Counted from the whole stretch's first letter, positions 37,671-50,735 are shown. The stretch is 59,166 nt of DNA, filler included, from Catajapyx aquilonaris (GCA_000934665.2; 2 parts of 2 records of this genome joined end to end with filler, not necessarily neighbours in it); one strand, 5' to 3'. The notes: generated by a model from the sequence alone, not told the origin. Made by a program: numbers and translations.

Positions 37671-40566
37671 TCTCCCCCCCCCCCCATCAGTTACTCGGTC
37701 CCTATTTATGCCAAAGGTGGCAGCGCTACAGTCACAGGTTACACACCCCCGGCCCAGTCACTTGCACTCCCGAGCAAGAGAAAAAAACAACAAAACAAAA
37801 AAACACCCAAAGGCGCACCAAACAGAACGGCACACCCCAAAAAAATTATCAACAGAGGCTGGCCGTAACCGAAATCAACATAAAACAAACAAACAAGTCT
37901 GAATCCGTCCATAGCAAAAGAAATTGGAATCAATCACTGTATCACTGCACAATGTTTGTACGTCTCAATTAGCCCATCCAACCCCTGAAGCACTTGTAAC
38001 AAGTCCCTCGTCTCCAGGCTTGCCGCAGCCATCGGTACCATAGCCCCTCCAGAAGTGTCGCCAGGCTCCGGAGACGGATCCCTGGTGTCCTGTGGGGAGT
38101 CGTCCACAGTGTATCTTCTCCCAATGGGGCGGTCCGCTGGCCGGTCTTGGGGGCGCTCGGGCAGCACCACAGGCTTTAGGCGGTCCCCGGTTGTCTCTTC
38201 GCATAGAAGCGGCTTGTCGGAATGGCTGCCACCGGTCTTGGGATTCTACTGGGCGGTGGTCGATGGCGCTGTACTCGTCTGCGGCTCGACCCACCGGATG
38301 AGTGGCTGCCCGTTCCCTCTGGGCTGGATGCGTCAGGTGCAGTTACTTCTACTGAGGAAGAAGATTCTTCTTCTCCCTCAGGTACTAGTGGACTTGGCAT
38401 CGTCGTGTCGCTTGTGGCCCCAGACTCTGTACTGGACACCCCACTCGATGCCTCTTCGTCTTCCGTTGGGATGTCCTCAGAGACTTCTTCGGACCCTAGC
38501 TCCCTTGTTGTATGAGTGGGAACCTCTGACAGCAAGGAGGGGAAGAAGGAGTCGGGTGAGGGACTGCCCTGGGATGAAGGGGGTGACCGACTTGGTCGCT
38601 CCCAATGTGGGGGTAGCAACGCCGGCTTAAGGCGGATGAAGTGTACAATCCGCTTGGCCTGGGAGTCTAATGACTCTATTGCGTAATTCACTTCCCCTTT
38701 GCGTTCTACCACCTTGTATGGCCCTACCCAGAGTTTCTGTAGCTTCTGTTTGTGTCCCCGGCGGAGCCATGACAAGGTATGCTTTCCCCGATACAGTTTT
38801 ATCAAACTGCCTCTTCTGTTTATTCCTTGCTTTTTCTAATTTCTCTCTAACCTCAGAATACACTTTCTTCGTCCTTGTTCCTACCTCTCTGACGTAGGTT
38901 TGCATGTTTTTTCCCTCCCCTAGGGGTCCCCTCAGAAGGAGGTCCTCTGGGAGGCATGCTTCCCTCCCATACATCAAGAAATAAGGCGTCTTTGATGTGG
39001 AAGCCTGTACATGCGTCCGATAGGCGAATAAAGTGAGGGCGAGGCGTTCGTCCCAATTTGGACCTTCTTCACTCAAAAGGGCGCGAAGTAGTAGAAGGAG
39101 GGTATCGTTAACCCTCTCAACCATACCGTTCCCCATTGGATGGTCTGCGCTACTTCGTAATTTCTTAATGTCCAATTGACGACATATTCCAGAGAATACC
39201 TCACTCTCAAATTGTGTCCCTTGATCAGATAGTAACACACCTGGGATGCCGAAGCGGCATACAAATTTCCGTACGATCACCTCCGAAACAGAGACTGCAT
39301 CAACACGACGGAGAGGAAATGTTTCTGCCCACTTAGTGAAAAAGGCAATCAACACTAGAATGTACTTGTTCCCAGATGGGGTTTCAGGTAACGGTCCAAT
39401 GATGTCCATCCCCACTATTTGCAGTGGTCCCCCGGCTTCAATAGGTTGGAGAGGAGCCCTGGGAGACTTCCGTGGCGACTTAACCGCCTGACCAGTTAAA
39501 CACTGACTACACCATCTTGTAATCGTCCGAGGGTATTCTCGAGCCCATAGTGCCCACTCGCTAGGTTTTCATGGACCAGTTCAAAGATATACCAGCCCTT
39601 GTGAGTGGGTACTACTGCTTCCTTTTTGGAGTCTTTTGTGGTGTGATACACTATTCCATCCAAGCACACAAGGTTCGACAGATGTCGTTGCCAAGTCTTG
39701 TATATCCCAGGACTCAACGGTTTCTTCTTGTCCAGAAAAGCCCTAAGAGCCCTAATTTCATGGTTCTCTTGTTGCCACATGGAGAGAAGATTCTGGCCAA
39801 CAAGAGTCCCTACAATCCCTGACTCAACCGGGTTAATCTCGACTTCTTCAGCCACTGCCCGTGACAAGGCATCGACATGTTGCATTTTCTTTCCTGGCTG
39901 ATAAGTAATGTGGGGGTGATACTCTTCTAACTGAAGGACCCATCGGGCGAATTTGCCCTTAGGGTCTTTCATACCCCTCAACCACTGGAGCGGGTTGTGG
40001 TCCGTGACTATGACAGATGGTTCCCCGTATATGTATGGCCTGAATGTCTTCAGCGACTGTATCACACCGAGTAATTCCACTCAGCTGGCGAGAGAAGCCT
40101 GCTGTAATATACCAACACTCTTTCGTTGCCACCTTGAACTTGGCTGAGTATATTCCCAATACCATAGCCACTTACATCTGTATAGATCTTGAAGGGCGCA
40201 TCGAACTGAGGGTAAGCTAAGATCGGAGCGGAGCTCAAGGCCATTTTCAACTCGTCAAACGACTGCTGTTGTGGCTCCCCCCAATGATAAGCGACTCTTT
40301 GATGCGTCAGCTCATGGAGAGGACGCGCCACTTCTGAGAACCTATGGATGAAGCGCCTGTAGTAAGAAGCCGTACCCAGAAACGAACGCACTTCACGTAC
40401 CGTTTTAGGTATTGGGAAATGCGTAATAGCTGAGACTTGATCAGGGTCGGGATGGACCCCTTGCTGGCTAACGATATGACCCAAGTACTTTATTTCGGGC
40501 AAAGCGAAATGACACTTGGACGGTTTCATTCTCAGGTTGTACTTCTCCAACCGCAGGAAGACCTGC

Positions 40567-41176
40567 TGTGACGCCAGGTTGAAGGAAGGTTATTTGCATG
40601 CGACACACGGGAGAGTACGGCCAGTATTGCACTGAACCGGACCTGGTTCGGGCTTCCGCCAACCTGGTATGGCTGGTGAGAGGCACTTCGTCTTTTGGTA
40701 CGGTCAACCTCTCATACTGTACACGACCAGGTGGTACAGATCCCTGCGGACCTGATCGTGTAACTGAATAGGTCTTTACACGGCTACCACTTGGTGAATG
40801 GTTGGTGGTACAGATTCCTGCGGACCAACCATTTGCCTAGCGGTACCGACACCCGTACTGTATCTCAGTAATGACAACAACCACTTAACTCATTGAACAT
40901 GGACAGGGCAGATAGTAGGGTCATTACCAGCTCGGGAGGACCGAACCTCTCGCACCGCTGGCTGCCGACCGACTGACTGTCCTGACTCAAAGCACCTTTA
41001 TTCAATACCTCGGTTTGGTCTTCGTTGCTACAACATTGGTTTGGTCACAACAAGGTAACCTAACGATTCTAATAATACACAAAATGAAACTATAGATACA
41101 GTCACTAAGAGAGAATGCATGGAGACAAACAATTACAAATAACGTAATTACAGCAACAATTAGTCCATGCATTACA
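40567..41176. mobile_element. Solo LTR (610 bp) inserted in the Gypsy RT
   Basis: TG...CA termini; 4-bp TSD CTGC; removing it restores EEHLKRLEQ-VFLRLEKYNL. Confidence 0.88.
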
Positions 41177-43557
41177 CTGCTCTAGGCGCTTCAGGTGTTC
41201 CTCGAAAGTAGAGAATACCTGAATGTCATCGAGATATATGAGGCACGTCTCCCACGTCATTCCTGCTAACACTGGCTCCATCAACCTCTGGAATGTCGAA
41301 GGAGCATTCACCAGACCGAAAGGTATCACTGTGAATTCGTACAGGCCGCCACCAGGAATAGTGAAAGCGGTTTTCGGCCTGTCTCCCTCCGACACTTCCA
41401 CTTGCCTTATCCTGCCGTTAAATCCAATGTGGAAAAGAACCTAGACCCAGAAAAAGCGTCCAACGAATCATCTACACGAGGAAGTGGATATGCATCAATG
41501 CGGCTTACCGCATTCACCTTACGATAATCCACACAAAATCGAATACCACCATCCGACTTTGTGACCAAGCAGATTGGACTGGCCCAAGGACTGTCACTTT
41601 TTGTTATTATCCCTTGAGCCTCCATCCCTCGTACTTGTTCCCTGATGATGCGTTTTTGCGCAGGTGCCGTCCGTCTGGGCGGTTGCCTATTAGGGGGGCC
41701 TCCCCTGTGTAAATTCTATGAGTGGCGGCGGCCGTACGTCCTAAGTCGTATGGTCCCGTGCTGAACAAATGCGCGTACTGGCGCAGGAGAGACCCCAAGG
41801 TTCTACCTTGAGATGTAGTGAGATATGTTCCCTACAAGGCTGCCTCAACCCATGGTGCTTCCATGACAGAGGACCCAGCCGCATGTTCCTCAGGCATATG
41901 AACCAACTCATACGCCCCGGGTACTGCTAACTTCTCCTTTCCGGCAATCACCGACCGGAGCCAAACACCCCAACACTGTCGGCCGGTATCACCGAGTTCC
42001 CCTTCAGAGGGTTACTCACACGGATGGGTACCACCACATTGTCGTCTTCTTTGGTTGGGCTTACTAAGCAACGTGCTATTAACAAGTCATGACGCTGCGC
42101 TGTTTCCCACTGTGGATCGACCACCCCTAGTACAGGAGGGCTATAACCCCCCTTTAGCACAAGACACCCCATAAATGTAGCTTCGGTTCTCCCGGGTATC
42201 ACCGTCCTCTCCAGTACCTTAATAGGTACCCCTATCCTTTCACATGTGCCCTTATCCTCAATGGATCGATCTGCCTCGGGGGATGCACAAGTAAGCACAT
42301 CATTCTGGTAATCCACCACACAACCAGACTTCTTTAGGAAGTCTGTTCCCAAGATGATAGGAAACAGGGGTTTCTTAACCACCAGAAACTTAGTGTGGAA
42401 AACCTTTCCCCCAATTGTTACTGGCAACGTGACCGACCCCATCGGCCTCATTATTCTTTTATCCCCCAGACGCAGTACTATCTGCTCTGGCTGGAGATAG
42501 GGCCTGTCCTCCCCTTGAACCTCTTTTACCACCACCTGTATACCAGCCACCGAAAAGCTAGCACCACCATCCAAAAGAGCTGAAAACTTTTTTTCGCAGA
42601 TGGATGCCAACGTGGTGGTTGGAGCAGTTTCAGAACGGGAGTCCGTGTGGGGCCCTTCTTTCAGTTGCGTCGGGGAACGCCCCCTTCCTCCGGCGCTAAA
42701 TCGTTTCCCGGTGACCCCGGTTTCTTCTTTTCCCACTCTTTCAATGCTGCTGCCAACTACCAACAATCCTTCTTCCTGTGTCCAACTTTATGGCAATAGA
42801 AACATTCTACTTGCCCCTGTTTGTTTGGCTTTGGTGGACGTCCCAGTTTTTACTGCGGGGCTGCTGGCTGCCCCTCGACTACTCTGCCTTCCCCGACCGG
42901 CCCCGGACGGGGGTTTCCCACTGGAGAATTGTCCTGACACCGCCCCCGCAGGGGTAAAGGTCGCCTCTGTAAGACCGACATTGGCCTGCCACCTCTCTAT
43001 CCCCTCCTGGAGCTTGGCGGCTTCTAACACTGCCGTCAACCCGGAGAGATTCTGAGTCAACACCTGGTGTTGTGTTCTGGGAGGTAGACTTTCAAACAAC
43101 CTGGTACATGCCAACTGGGAAACCATTTCGGCACTAGCCGTAGGAAAGACCTCTTTATAGAATCTTTAAGGCGGACGACGAACCCATCAAGAGTTTCCTC
43201 ATGTCGCCTCCGCAAGGAAGCAGCTTCACTCTGCTTCAAAACCAATGGGGTAATAGGCTCACAAGCCGTCCCCAATGCTTGGCTTACTGTTGCATAAGTG
43301 TCTCCCTCTGTAGTGGTTAATTGTTTCTACCATTGAAACGAGTTTCCTTCCAAAAATAGAGGGAGCCTAGCCAACTTCTTTCCATCATCCCACTCCATTG
43401 CAGTGGAATATAGATCAAACAGATCCCTCCAGTCATGGTAGGACCCAATCCCAGCATACTTAGGTATCGGAGGGATACCCCCTGACGCCATGCTGTACTC
43501 TCAGATGCCAAACAAAATACCACCAAAACCGGAGCGGTTTGCTCCACACAATTAGAG

Positions 43558-44650
43558 CGGACTGCTCAAGGTAAAACAAGGAGCGAGTGCTCCACAGGCA
43601 GACTGGAGGGGGGAGGATGCCACACGTCTCACCTACAAAGGGAGACGCGCACCGGACCCTCTCGTGTAGACTTTGTAACCCGTACCTTTCCAACACACTA
43701 TTTATACTACACAGTATAATATACACTCAAATCACACTCGTACACATACGTGGGAATGAGCATGGGTGTGGCTGTGTTTATGTAGGAATAGGTGTCCATA
43801 GGATGAGTACACATGAGCAGGTGTACCCCTAAGGTTAGGTACTCGTAGGGTAGGAACTCGTAGGTCAGGAACTCGTAGGTATGGTACTCGGACAAATAAG
43901 CGCACAAAGGTTTGTGCACTCCCAATAACCGGCACATATAACCACAACAATCCGAAAAGTGCCCTCAGCACCAAATACTCATAACCAGAAGTACTCGTCA
44001 CCAGAGTAACCAGAATGGTACTCGCAAACGCGATAAAGAACTCGTAAACCAAAGCACTCGTAACCAATGTACTCGTAACCAATGTACTAGTAACCAATGT
44101 ACTCGTAACCAAAGTACTCGTAACCAAAGCGGACTGCTCAAGGAAAAACAAGGAGCGAGTGCTCCACAGGCAGACTGGAGGGGGGAGGGTGCCACACGTC
44201 TCACCTACAAAGGGAGACGCGCACCGGACCCTCTCGTGTAGACTTTGTAACCCGTACCTTTCCAACACACTATTTATACTACACAGTATAATATACACTC
44301 AAATCACACTCGTACACATACGTGGGAATGAGCATGGGTGTGGCTGTGTTTACGTAGGAATAGGTGTCCATAGGATGAGTACACATGAGCAGGTGTACCC
44401 CTAAGGTTAGGTACTCTTAGGATAGGAACTCGTAGGTCAGGAACTCGTATGTCAGGAACTCGTAGGTATGGTACTCGGACAAATAAGAGCACAAAGGTTT
44501 GTGCACTCCCAATAACCGGCACATATAACCACAACAATCCGAAAAGTGCCCTCAGCACCAAATACTCATAACCAGAAGTACTCGTCACCGAAGTAACCAG
44601 AATGGTACTCGCAAACGCGATAAAGCACTCGTAAACCAAAGCACTCGTTA
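43558..44650. repeat. 572-bp tandem duplication in the Gypsy leader region
   Basis: Near-identical units offset by 572 bp (ORFs at 43587 and 44159 differ by one residue); internal 12- and 15-bp subrepeats vary in number. Confidence 0.95.
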
Positions 44651-44838
44651 AACCAATGTACTCATAAACCAATGTACTCATAAACCAATGTACTCATAAA
44701 CCAATGTACTCATAAACCAATGTACTCATAAACCAATGTACTCATAAACCAATGTACTCATAAACCAATGTACTCATAAACCAATGTACTCATAAACCAA
44801 TGTACTCATAAACCAATGTACTCATAAACCAATGTACT
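44651..44838. repeat. Minisatellite (AACCAATGTACTCATA) x ~12
   Basis: Perfect 16-bp period with no spacers. Confidence 0.95.
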
Positions 44839-44854
44839 CCTGATTATCCCGTTT

Positions 44855-46240
44855 TTATTGGCCTTTGAGAATGCGCCTTCTCAACTGCTGCTCCCTTAGC
44901 ATCCAGACTTGACAATGCGCCGCCCACATGGGATGGTCGACCTGAGGGTAACCGGCCACCATGAGGTGATGACAGGCCGGGGTTTTACTCGTGCAGTCAA
45001 CGAGCTGGTGATCCCCCGCACAGAAGGGACAGTGCATCTTCGCCTCGCAACCCTCCTTTACGTGACCATAGGCCGAGCACCGGAAGCACAGATCATGCCT
45101 GACCAAGTCCTCCACGCGGTACATGACCAGGTCGATCTGGAGTCCCCTTTCTTCTAGAACCTTAGCGTGCAGCGCCGGTGACATTTCTCTGACATTTTCT
45201 CTGATGGGGTTTGTGCAACTTCGGTGTGATAATCACCCGTACATGGTCACTGACAGGCTGATGGTCCGCCAAGAGCTCATGGTTTCCGGACTCCAATTGC
45301 ACCAGCATGGCCTCGTTCAACAGCCCCATGACCACTCCAGTAATACGCATGGTGGGGCGACCCCCCCCCCCCCCNNNNNNNNNNNNNNNNNNNNNNNNNN
45401 NNNNNNNNNNNNNNNNNNNNNNNNNNNNNNNNNNNNNNNNNNNNNNNNNNNNNNNNNNNNNNNNNNNNNNNNNNNNNNNNNNNNNNNNNNNNNNNNNNNN
45501 NNNNNNNNNNNNNNNNNNNNNNNNNNNNNNNNNNNNNNNNNNNNNNNNNNNNNNNNNNNNNNNNNNNNNNNNNNNNNNNNNNNNNNNNNNNNNNNNNNNC
45601 CCCCCCCCCCCTGACTGCCTGAGAAAAGGTGGGGTGCACATGGGGGCCACGCATGGGCTCCACCCTGTTGCCAACCTCGCTACGCAGCTCGGCATTGTCT
45701 GCCCGCATCTCTGCCATCTCCGCCTCCAGATTAGCAAATCTCATCTCCGATGCCACCAGCTTTAGCTCCGTCTCGTGTCTCTGTCCAGCTGTCACACTCC
45801 TCGATTCTGAAAAATCCGTCCGTAATCAGCGTAATCCGTATACTTCGTCTCCATCGCCACTAGCTTCAACACCAAATCCTGTTTCTGGCCCACAGTCACA
45901 GCTTCGACATCCTTCAATCGGAGGACCACCAGACATCCGTTGATGTATTGTAGACGTCTTCTTGCTGCCATTCTCAGTAATCACTGCCTAGACCACTTCG
46001 TCAAACAACGAGGCCGCCTCCACCAGCAACCCTTTGCCATCCATCTCTGTCAGACCATCCGGGGACTGCTCGGCACCTCCTTTGCTCTCAAAGAAACACC
46101 TCCTCGGAAGCCAAGACATCCGCTCCGTCCTCCGTTCCACTCCCCGTGCCATCAACAACCTCGCGATCAGCAACTGTTTCCTAGTCCTTGCTCTTCTTCC
46201 GCTTCATCTCCTTATCCGTATCCTGCTTTGGGCGCACCAT
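44855..46240 (-). mobile_element. Degenerate non-LTR retrotransposon ORF1 (gag-like, R1/I group)
   Basis: Three zinc knuckles: CFRCSAYGHVKEGC, CPFCAGDHQLVDC, CHHL...H....AHC. Coiled coil followed by TFSQAVR. Assembly gap at 45375-45599; no ORF2 follows. Confidence 0.8.
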
Positions 46241-46867
46241 CGCCTCCCACGTTCGAAATCAAGGTATACAAAAGAAATTTTACTGTTGATATCCCATCGA
46301 ACAAACTCAACTCCTCGGCAACCACCAATCTAGTGAGGACACAAAAAGGCCAAACGGAAAACATCACCCCATGGTCCCAACCGCTCACATGGTACAAAGA
46401 TTCGTAGACTCTCAGATGCACCAGACTCTTCGACTCCCGTCAGCAACAAAAGAAGGGACTCAGGACAGCAGCAAGTCAAATCAGGAGCTCCACAACAAAA
46501 CCCAACATAGGATTCGGAAGAGTTTGTTTACTTTGGACCGAGTGGACTGTAAATCAGCCTCACTCTCTACCAGAAGGGCATAATCACCTGCATATAGAGC
46601 AGGTGGCTAACCACCTCATCACCAAAATGCATTCCCACACCATTAATCAGAGATTCCCTTACACAAGCATCTAAGTAAAAATTAAACATCCAGGAGATAT
46701 GACACAGCCATGCTTAACTTCAATACAAATGTTAATCCAATCAAATTAAGCCACGCTAGTTCTAACATAAGCTCTACTCTCCTCACACGAGGACTTCACT
46801 GCCAGCAAGCATCCTTGCACACCATATATGCTCAACACCTCCCACAACCCTTCTCTACTTAGTGTCA

Positions 46868-47024
46868 AGGTGCGTTTACATGTGAGCGATAACAACGCTG
46901 AGTAACTCGAATTGTTTGAGGCGAAAATCGATTGTTACTTTCTCCTCAAACAATATTGGTTACGTCACTCGGCGATGACTTCGCTCCGCTTAGCTTGTCA
47001 AATCGCTCACATGTAAACGCCGCT
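46868..47024. mobile_element. Harbinger-like MITE
   Basis: GCGTTTACATGTGAGCGAT / ATCGCTCACATGTAAACGC TIRs; TCA on both flanks. Confidence 0.75.
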
Positions 47025-47191
47025 TCATACGCTATTTATAAGTCAACAAAGGCAACATAAACCTTCTTGCCAACAGCTAAGTACATCCCAATCACTTGTG
47101 CCGCATACAGAAAATCTGATCCACACAACTCTTACTTGACATAAATCCACTCTGGATATTCAATATGACTAGTAACCTTCTTGGCTTCTAA

Positions 47192-48743
47192 TGTGAGGCT
47201 TGACCTCCTCGGGTCATCTCTCTGACCCTGCAAGGTCACGCAGAGTCGTGGTCCGGAGCAACCGTTTATTAGACCGGCCTGCTTCCCGGCCATTTCACGA
47301 CTGAATACACAAAAGAGCTCTCCCCCCCAGGTCCCCCACGGCAAGTGGCCCCAGACGCTACTGCCATCTAGTGAGAAACGTCCCCCCTCACAAAAAACAT
47401 GGGACCCAGGGAGAAATCCAAACCATTTACAAATTCTTAAAACCCTTCCAAAATAAAATAAAAATCAAGTTCCATTTGCTGAACACATTGCACAAGTCAA
47501 AACGCCAAACACGGACTCCAAAATCATCTTCGGAGGGACACACTCCCCAAATCAGACCATCCAGTCAAAAGTGATCCGGAATTATCGACTGGCACCCCTC
47601 AAACCTCGAGGGCACCGGTCCCCGGCACCAGGAACTTAGGAGCAACAGGCCGCACACATATTAAGTCAGACAACAAAACAACAACACCATCACGACATTT
47701 CCCTATAACGCTATAAGGGGTAGTCAGCGATGATGGGAGACGGAAATAACGACAGCCCCTGAAAGTTGCCGCAGTGTCCAGCCCACGCCCCTGGTACTGT
47801 GAGAATCTGACTTGAACCACAGTATGCAGGCGGCCAGCAGCCCTTGCCCAGTGACAATAAGGTAGCGCTTCTGCTAACTACCACGCCACCCAGGCGTACA
47901 GTACTGCCAAACGCTCACCTCCTTGGCGGACCAGGAACCCAACAATGCCAATGCATCGAACCCGATGCAAAATGAAACACGGCTACATCAGCCGCCGCCA
48001 GCCGCCGTATGGCCTCTGACCAGGAGGTCCGACCAACCTACTGTGATGTCACCCACGCCCGCAGGCCTCCAGGATGACACCACCTTCCACACGTACGCCT
48101 CCAGAATTTACTGGCAAATATCAGGATGACCATCATCCAACCAAGTTACCAACAATGGTCTAGCTGGACATTCCAGCCCAGCGTTTCTCAACCGTTTTAC
48201 CCTTGTGGAACCCTTGTAATCATATTCAAAGAAGTCCAGCCACTTCAACACACCGCCCACACATCCGTAGCTACAGGCATCCTGGAGTGTGAACCCCGAC
48301 ATGCAACGTCGTATTCGTCACTAAACGTTGCCACTGCAATTCGCGTGGCATTCTACTCAGCCATGACAACAGTCATGCTGACCCGGTGCCTCCTCTCACA
48401 GAGGTCACACCTCTGCTCAAGGGCACCAACCACCACAACACTATGACAGCGACAACAATCACCATCATGTCCAACACCCTGGCTAGCTCATCCTAAACAC
48501 CCCTCCATACAGGCTGCACCAGTTCATACTCAACAGACTGAAACGTACCCAGTCCAAACATATACCCCACTGGGAGCAACACTCACCGGGCACCGGACAG
48601 TGTTGCATAGGCCAAACTCGGAACGAACGACTCATCCCAAACACCTGGACGCCATTCCAAACTCACAGCTGGGCGCCAACTGTGAGGTTTGACCTCCTCG
48701 GGTCATCCCTCTGACCCCGCAAGGTCACTCAGGGTCGTGGTCC
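47192..48743 (-). mobile_element. Probable 3' portions of R1-like LINE copies (decayed ORF2 end and 3' UTR)
   Basis: 62-bp direct repeats at 47192-47253 and 48681-48743; decayed minus-strand ELQWQRLVTN...DACSYGC...WLDFFE segment resembles an ORF2 C-terminal zinc-finger region. Confidence 0.45.
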
Positions 48744-49257
48744 AATAATACAACGGGTGCACTTAACAAGCTGATGACACGATAATTCTTGCAGTAACAC
48801 ATCTCCCTTATACTACTTTATAGAGGTAATATTTTTACTCTCCATAACCAAACGCATAACGCTCTCAGATGCTCTCACAATGAGAGTGAGTGACGACTTG
48901 GGCGCACAACAGACTGCGTTTACGCAGCGAGAGCATTTTTTTCATTGTTCCCGTAGTTCGATCGACTGTTTGGTCAAGGCCGAGTTTGGTGGTCCGAATT
49001 GCGAATCGGGGGGGGGGGGGGGGGGGGGNGGGGGGGGCTTTAAAAGCATCATTTTTGCAGCTTTTTTACTAAATTCAAAACTGCACTTTTCGTCGATTTT
49101 TTTCCCGCGGATCGATATAGCTAGTTCGTAGAAAACTAATGACAGAATCTTTTGAGACTGAGAACTTTAAAATTATGGAAGTTACACAGGAAAAACCTAT
49201 TCGGGTTCCGCCGTTGGAGCCTTTCCTATGTTTTTATATTTTATTTATTTATTATTA

Positions 49258-49824
49258 CTAGCAGGATACTTGTTCTTCGCACGGGAATGGGGTCCTCGCC
49301 TACATTTTGCAAACCAATGTAGAAAAATCGTCCTTATTTTTAAATGAATTTTTGTGTTTTTTGTTTGAAGCAATACGTACAGTATTAGTTTTCGAGCTGG
49401 GAGCGATCTCAGATCATATTAATTATACGGTATCGTATTGCCCTCTGACGTCACTGGCTAAACAGATCGGTGTAGGGGCAGGAACGCACCCGGGGCTACT
49501 CTGTTCCTTTGTTTGTTTGCGACCCCATATCAACGGAATCGAACGGGCCGCTATAACGCTGCTGCACTGGTCTGCTGGTAACTCCGTTGCCATGGAAACT
49601 ATGTTAACCTGATTACTATGGTAACCCCGTCGCTACGGTAACCCGTTGCCATTGTAATCCCATTGCTATGGTAACCCAGTAGCCATGGTAAACCTGTTGC
49701 CATGGTGGAGTAGGGTAGGGTAGAATGTAGGGGAAAAGGGGAGGGGAGATAGAGGGGAGGGGGCGGTAGAGGGCAAGAGGCGTTACAGGACAAACATACA
49801 AACTTTCCCTTTTATATTCGTAAG

Positions 49825-49825
<1 letters not shown>
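49258..49825 (-). mobile_element. Non-autonomous Helitron
   Basis: 5' TCTTACGAATATAAAAGGGAAAGTTTGTATGTTTGTCC; 3' CCCGTGCGAAG...CTAG; A|T insertion site. Confidence 0.8.

Positions 49826-49885
<60 letters not shown>
49826..49885. repeat. (ATT)n microsatellite
   Basis: About 20 perfect units. Confidence 0.95.
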
Positions 49886-49886
<1 letters not shown>

Positions 49887-50735
49887 CTTATATCTATAAA
49901 TGAGGATGTTTGTGTGCTTGTTCGCTATAGAAATCCAGGGGAATGCCCGTACATCGCCTTAAACTTCCTTTTTTGAGGAATTTAACGCCGCATGTTTCAG
50001 CTTCCGAAAATAAGCCTAACTCCCACAACACCCTATACCTCCTCTCCTTGCACCATTATCCGACAACAACATCAACAATATATTATTTTTGTTTGAGGGC
50101 ATCTCTACGGAAACTTGAACCCCTGATTCCTGTTTCTCAATCAAATGCCTCCAAAGAAGCGTTACACGTTTGGACAATCTCCTACTGCCAAACGCAAACG
50201 AACTAAAAGGCAGCATGAAGCAGACAGTCAACGCCAGTCCCGTCTAGAACTTAAAGCAGCCAGACAAGCTGCACAGAAGCAACAACACAACAATGGCTTT
50301 CCATTTCTACATACTAAGAAGTCGTGTCTAACAATAGACACACTAACATTACAACATGTGCAACAGCTTTGGCTCTAGCATCATCAAGAATTGCTGCAAT
50401 AATATTGAAGGGTATGGTGCAAGAAAGGGTATGTAAATTGTTAATCGGAGTTCATGTAATGGGTAGACTAGATTGATAAAAAATTGCCGGGTCATTTGGT
50501 ACAAGAACGGGAATCATCGCCCTGTGCAGGGTGACACCCTCTGCCCTCCACAGGTAATGACAAACTTTGGCTTATTGTTTGCAATTAGCCTACTACACAA
50601 TGGCCCATAAGACCAGTTTTAAGGCATATCGAGTGCAAATTTAATGAACAAACTTCCTAAATATAATATAGATATGGATATCCCGACCACTACCACCACA
50701 ACATACCCAGGCAATTCCGGGTAACCTGAGACTAG
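49886..50735 (+). mobile_element. Non-autonomous Helitron with a remnant of an N-terminal ORF
   Basis: 5' TCTTATATCTATAAATGAGGATGTTTG; 3' hairpin TACCCAG-GCAATT-CCGGGTA then CTAG|T; MPPKKR...KRKRTKRQHEADSQRQSRLE peptide. Confidence 0.8.

Larger units (their letters stand above)
37537..44840 (-). mobile_element. Decayed Ty3/Gypsy LTR retrotransposon
   Basis: gag from ATG 43491 (MASGGIPPIPKYAG...WRDLFDLY), protease (ALLDGGAS, PIILGTDFL), RT (SPWASP, FCVDYRKVN, PFGLVNAP, YLDD), RNase H (YTDVSGYGIG, TDHNPL), integrase (H..GHYG, MDIIGP, SDQG, NGMVER, GPY). Many stops and frameshifts. PPT at 37671-37685. Confidence 0.95.

Noticed and set aside
38176..38630. env-like third ORF in the Gypsy element
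   Set aside because: It is the frameshifted integrase tail (GPY motif followed by low-complexity Ser/Glu/Pro sequence), with no signal peptide or TM segment.
44040..44838. CRISPR-like appearance of regular short repeats
   Set aside because: Units are directly adjacent with no unique spacers, there are no cas genes, and the context is eukaryotic.
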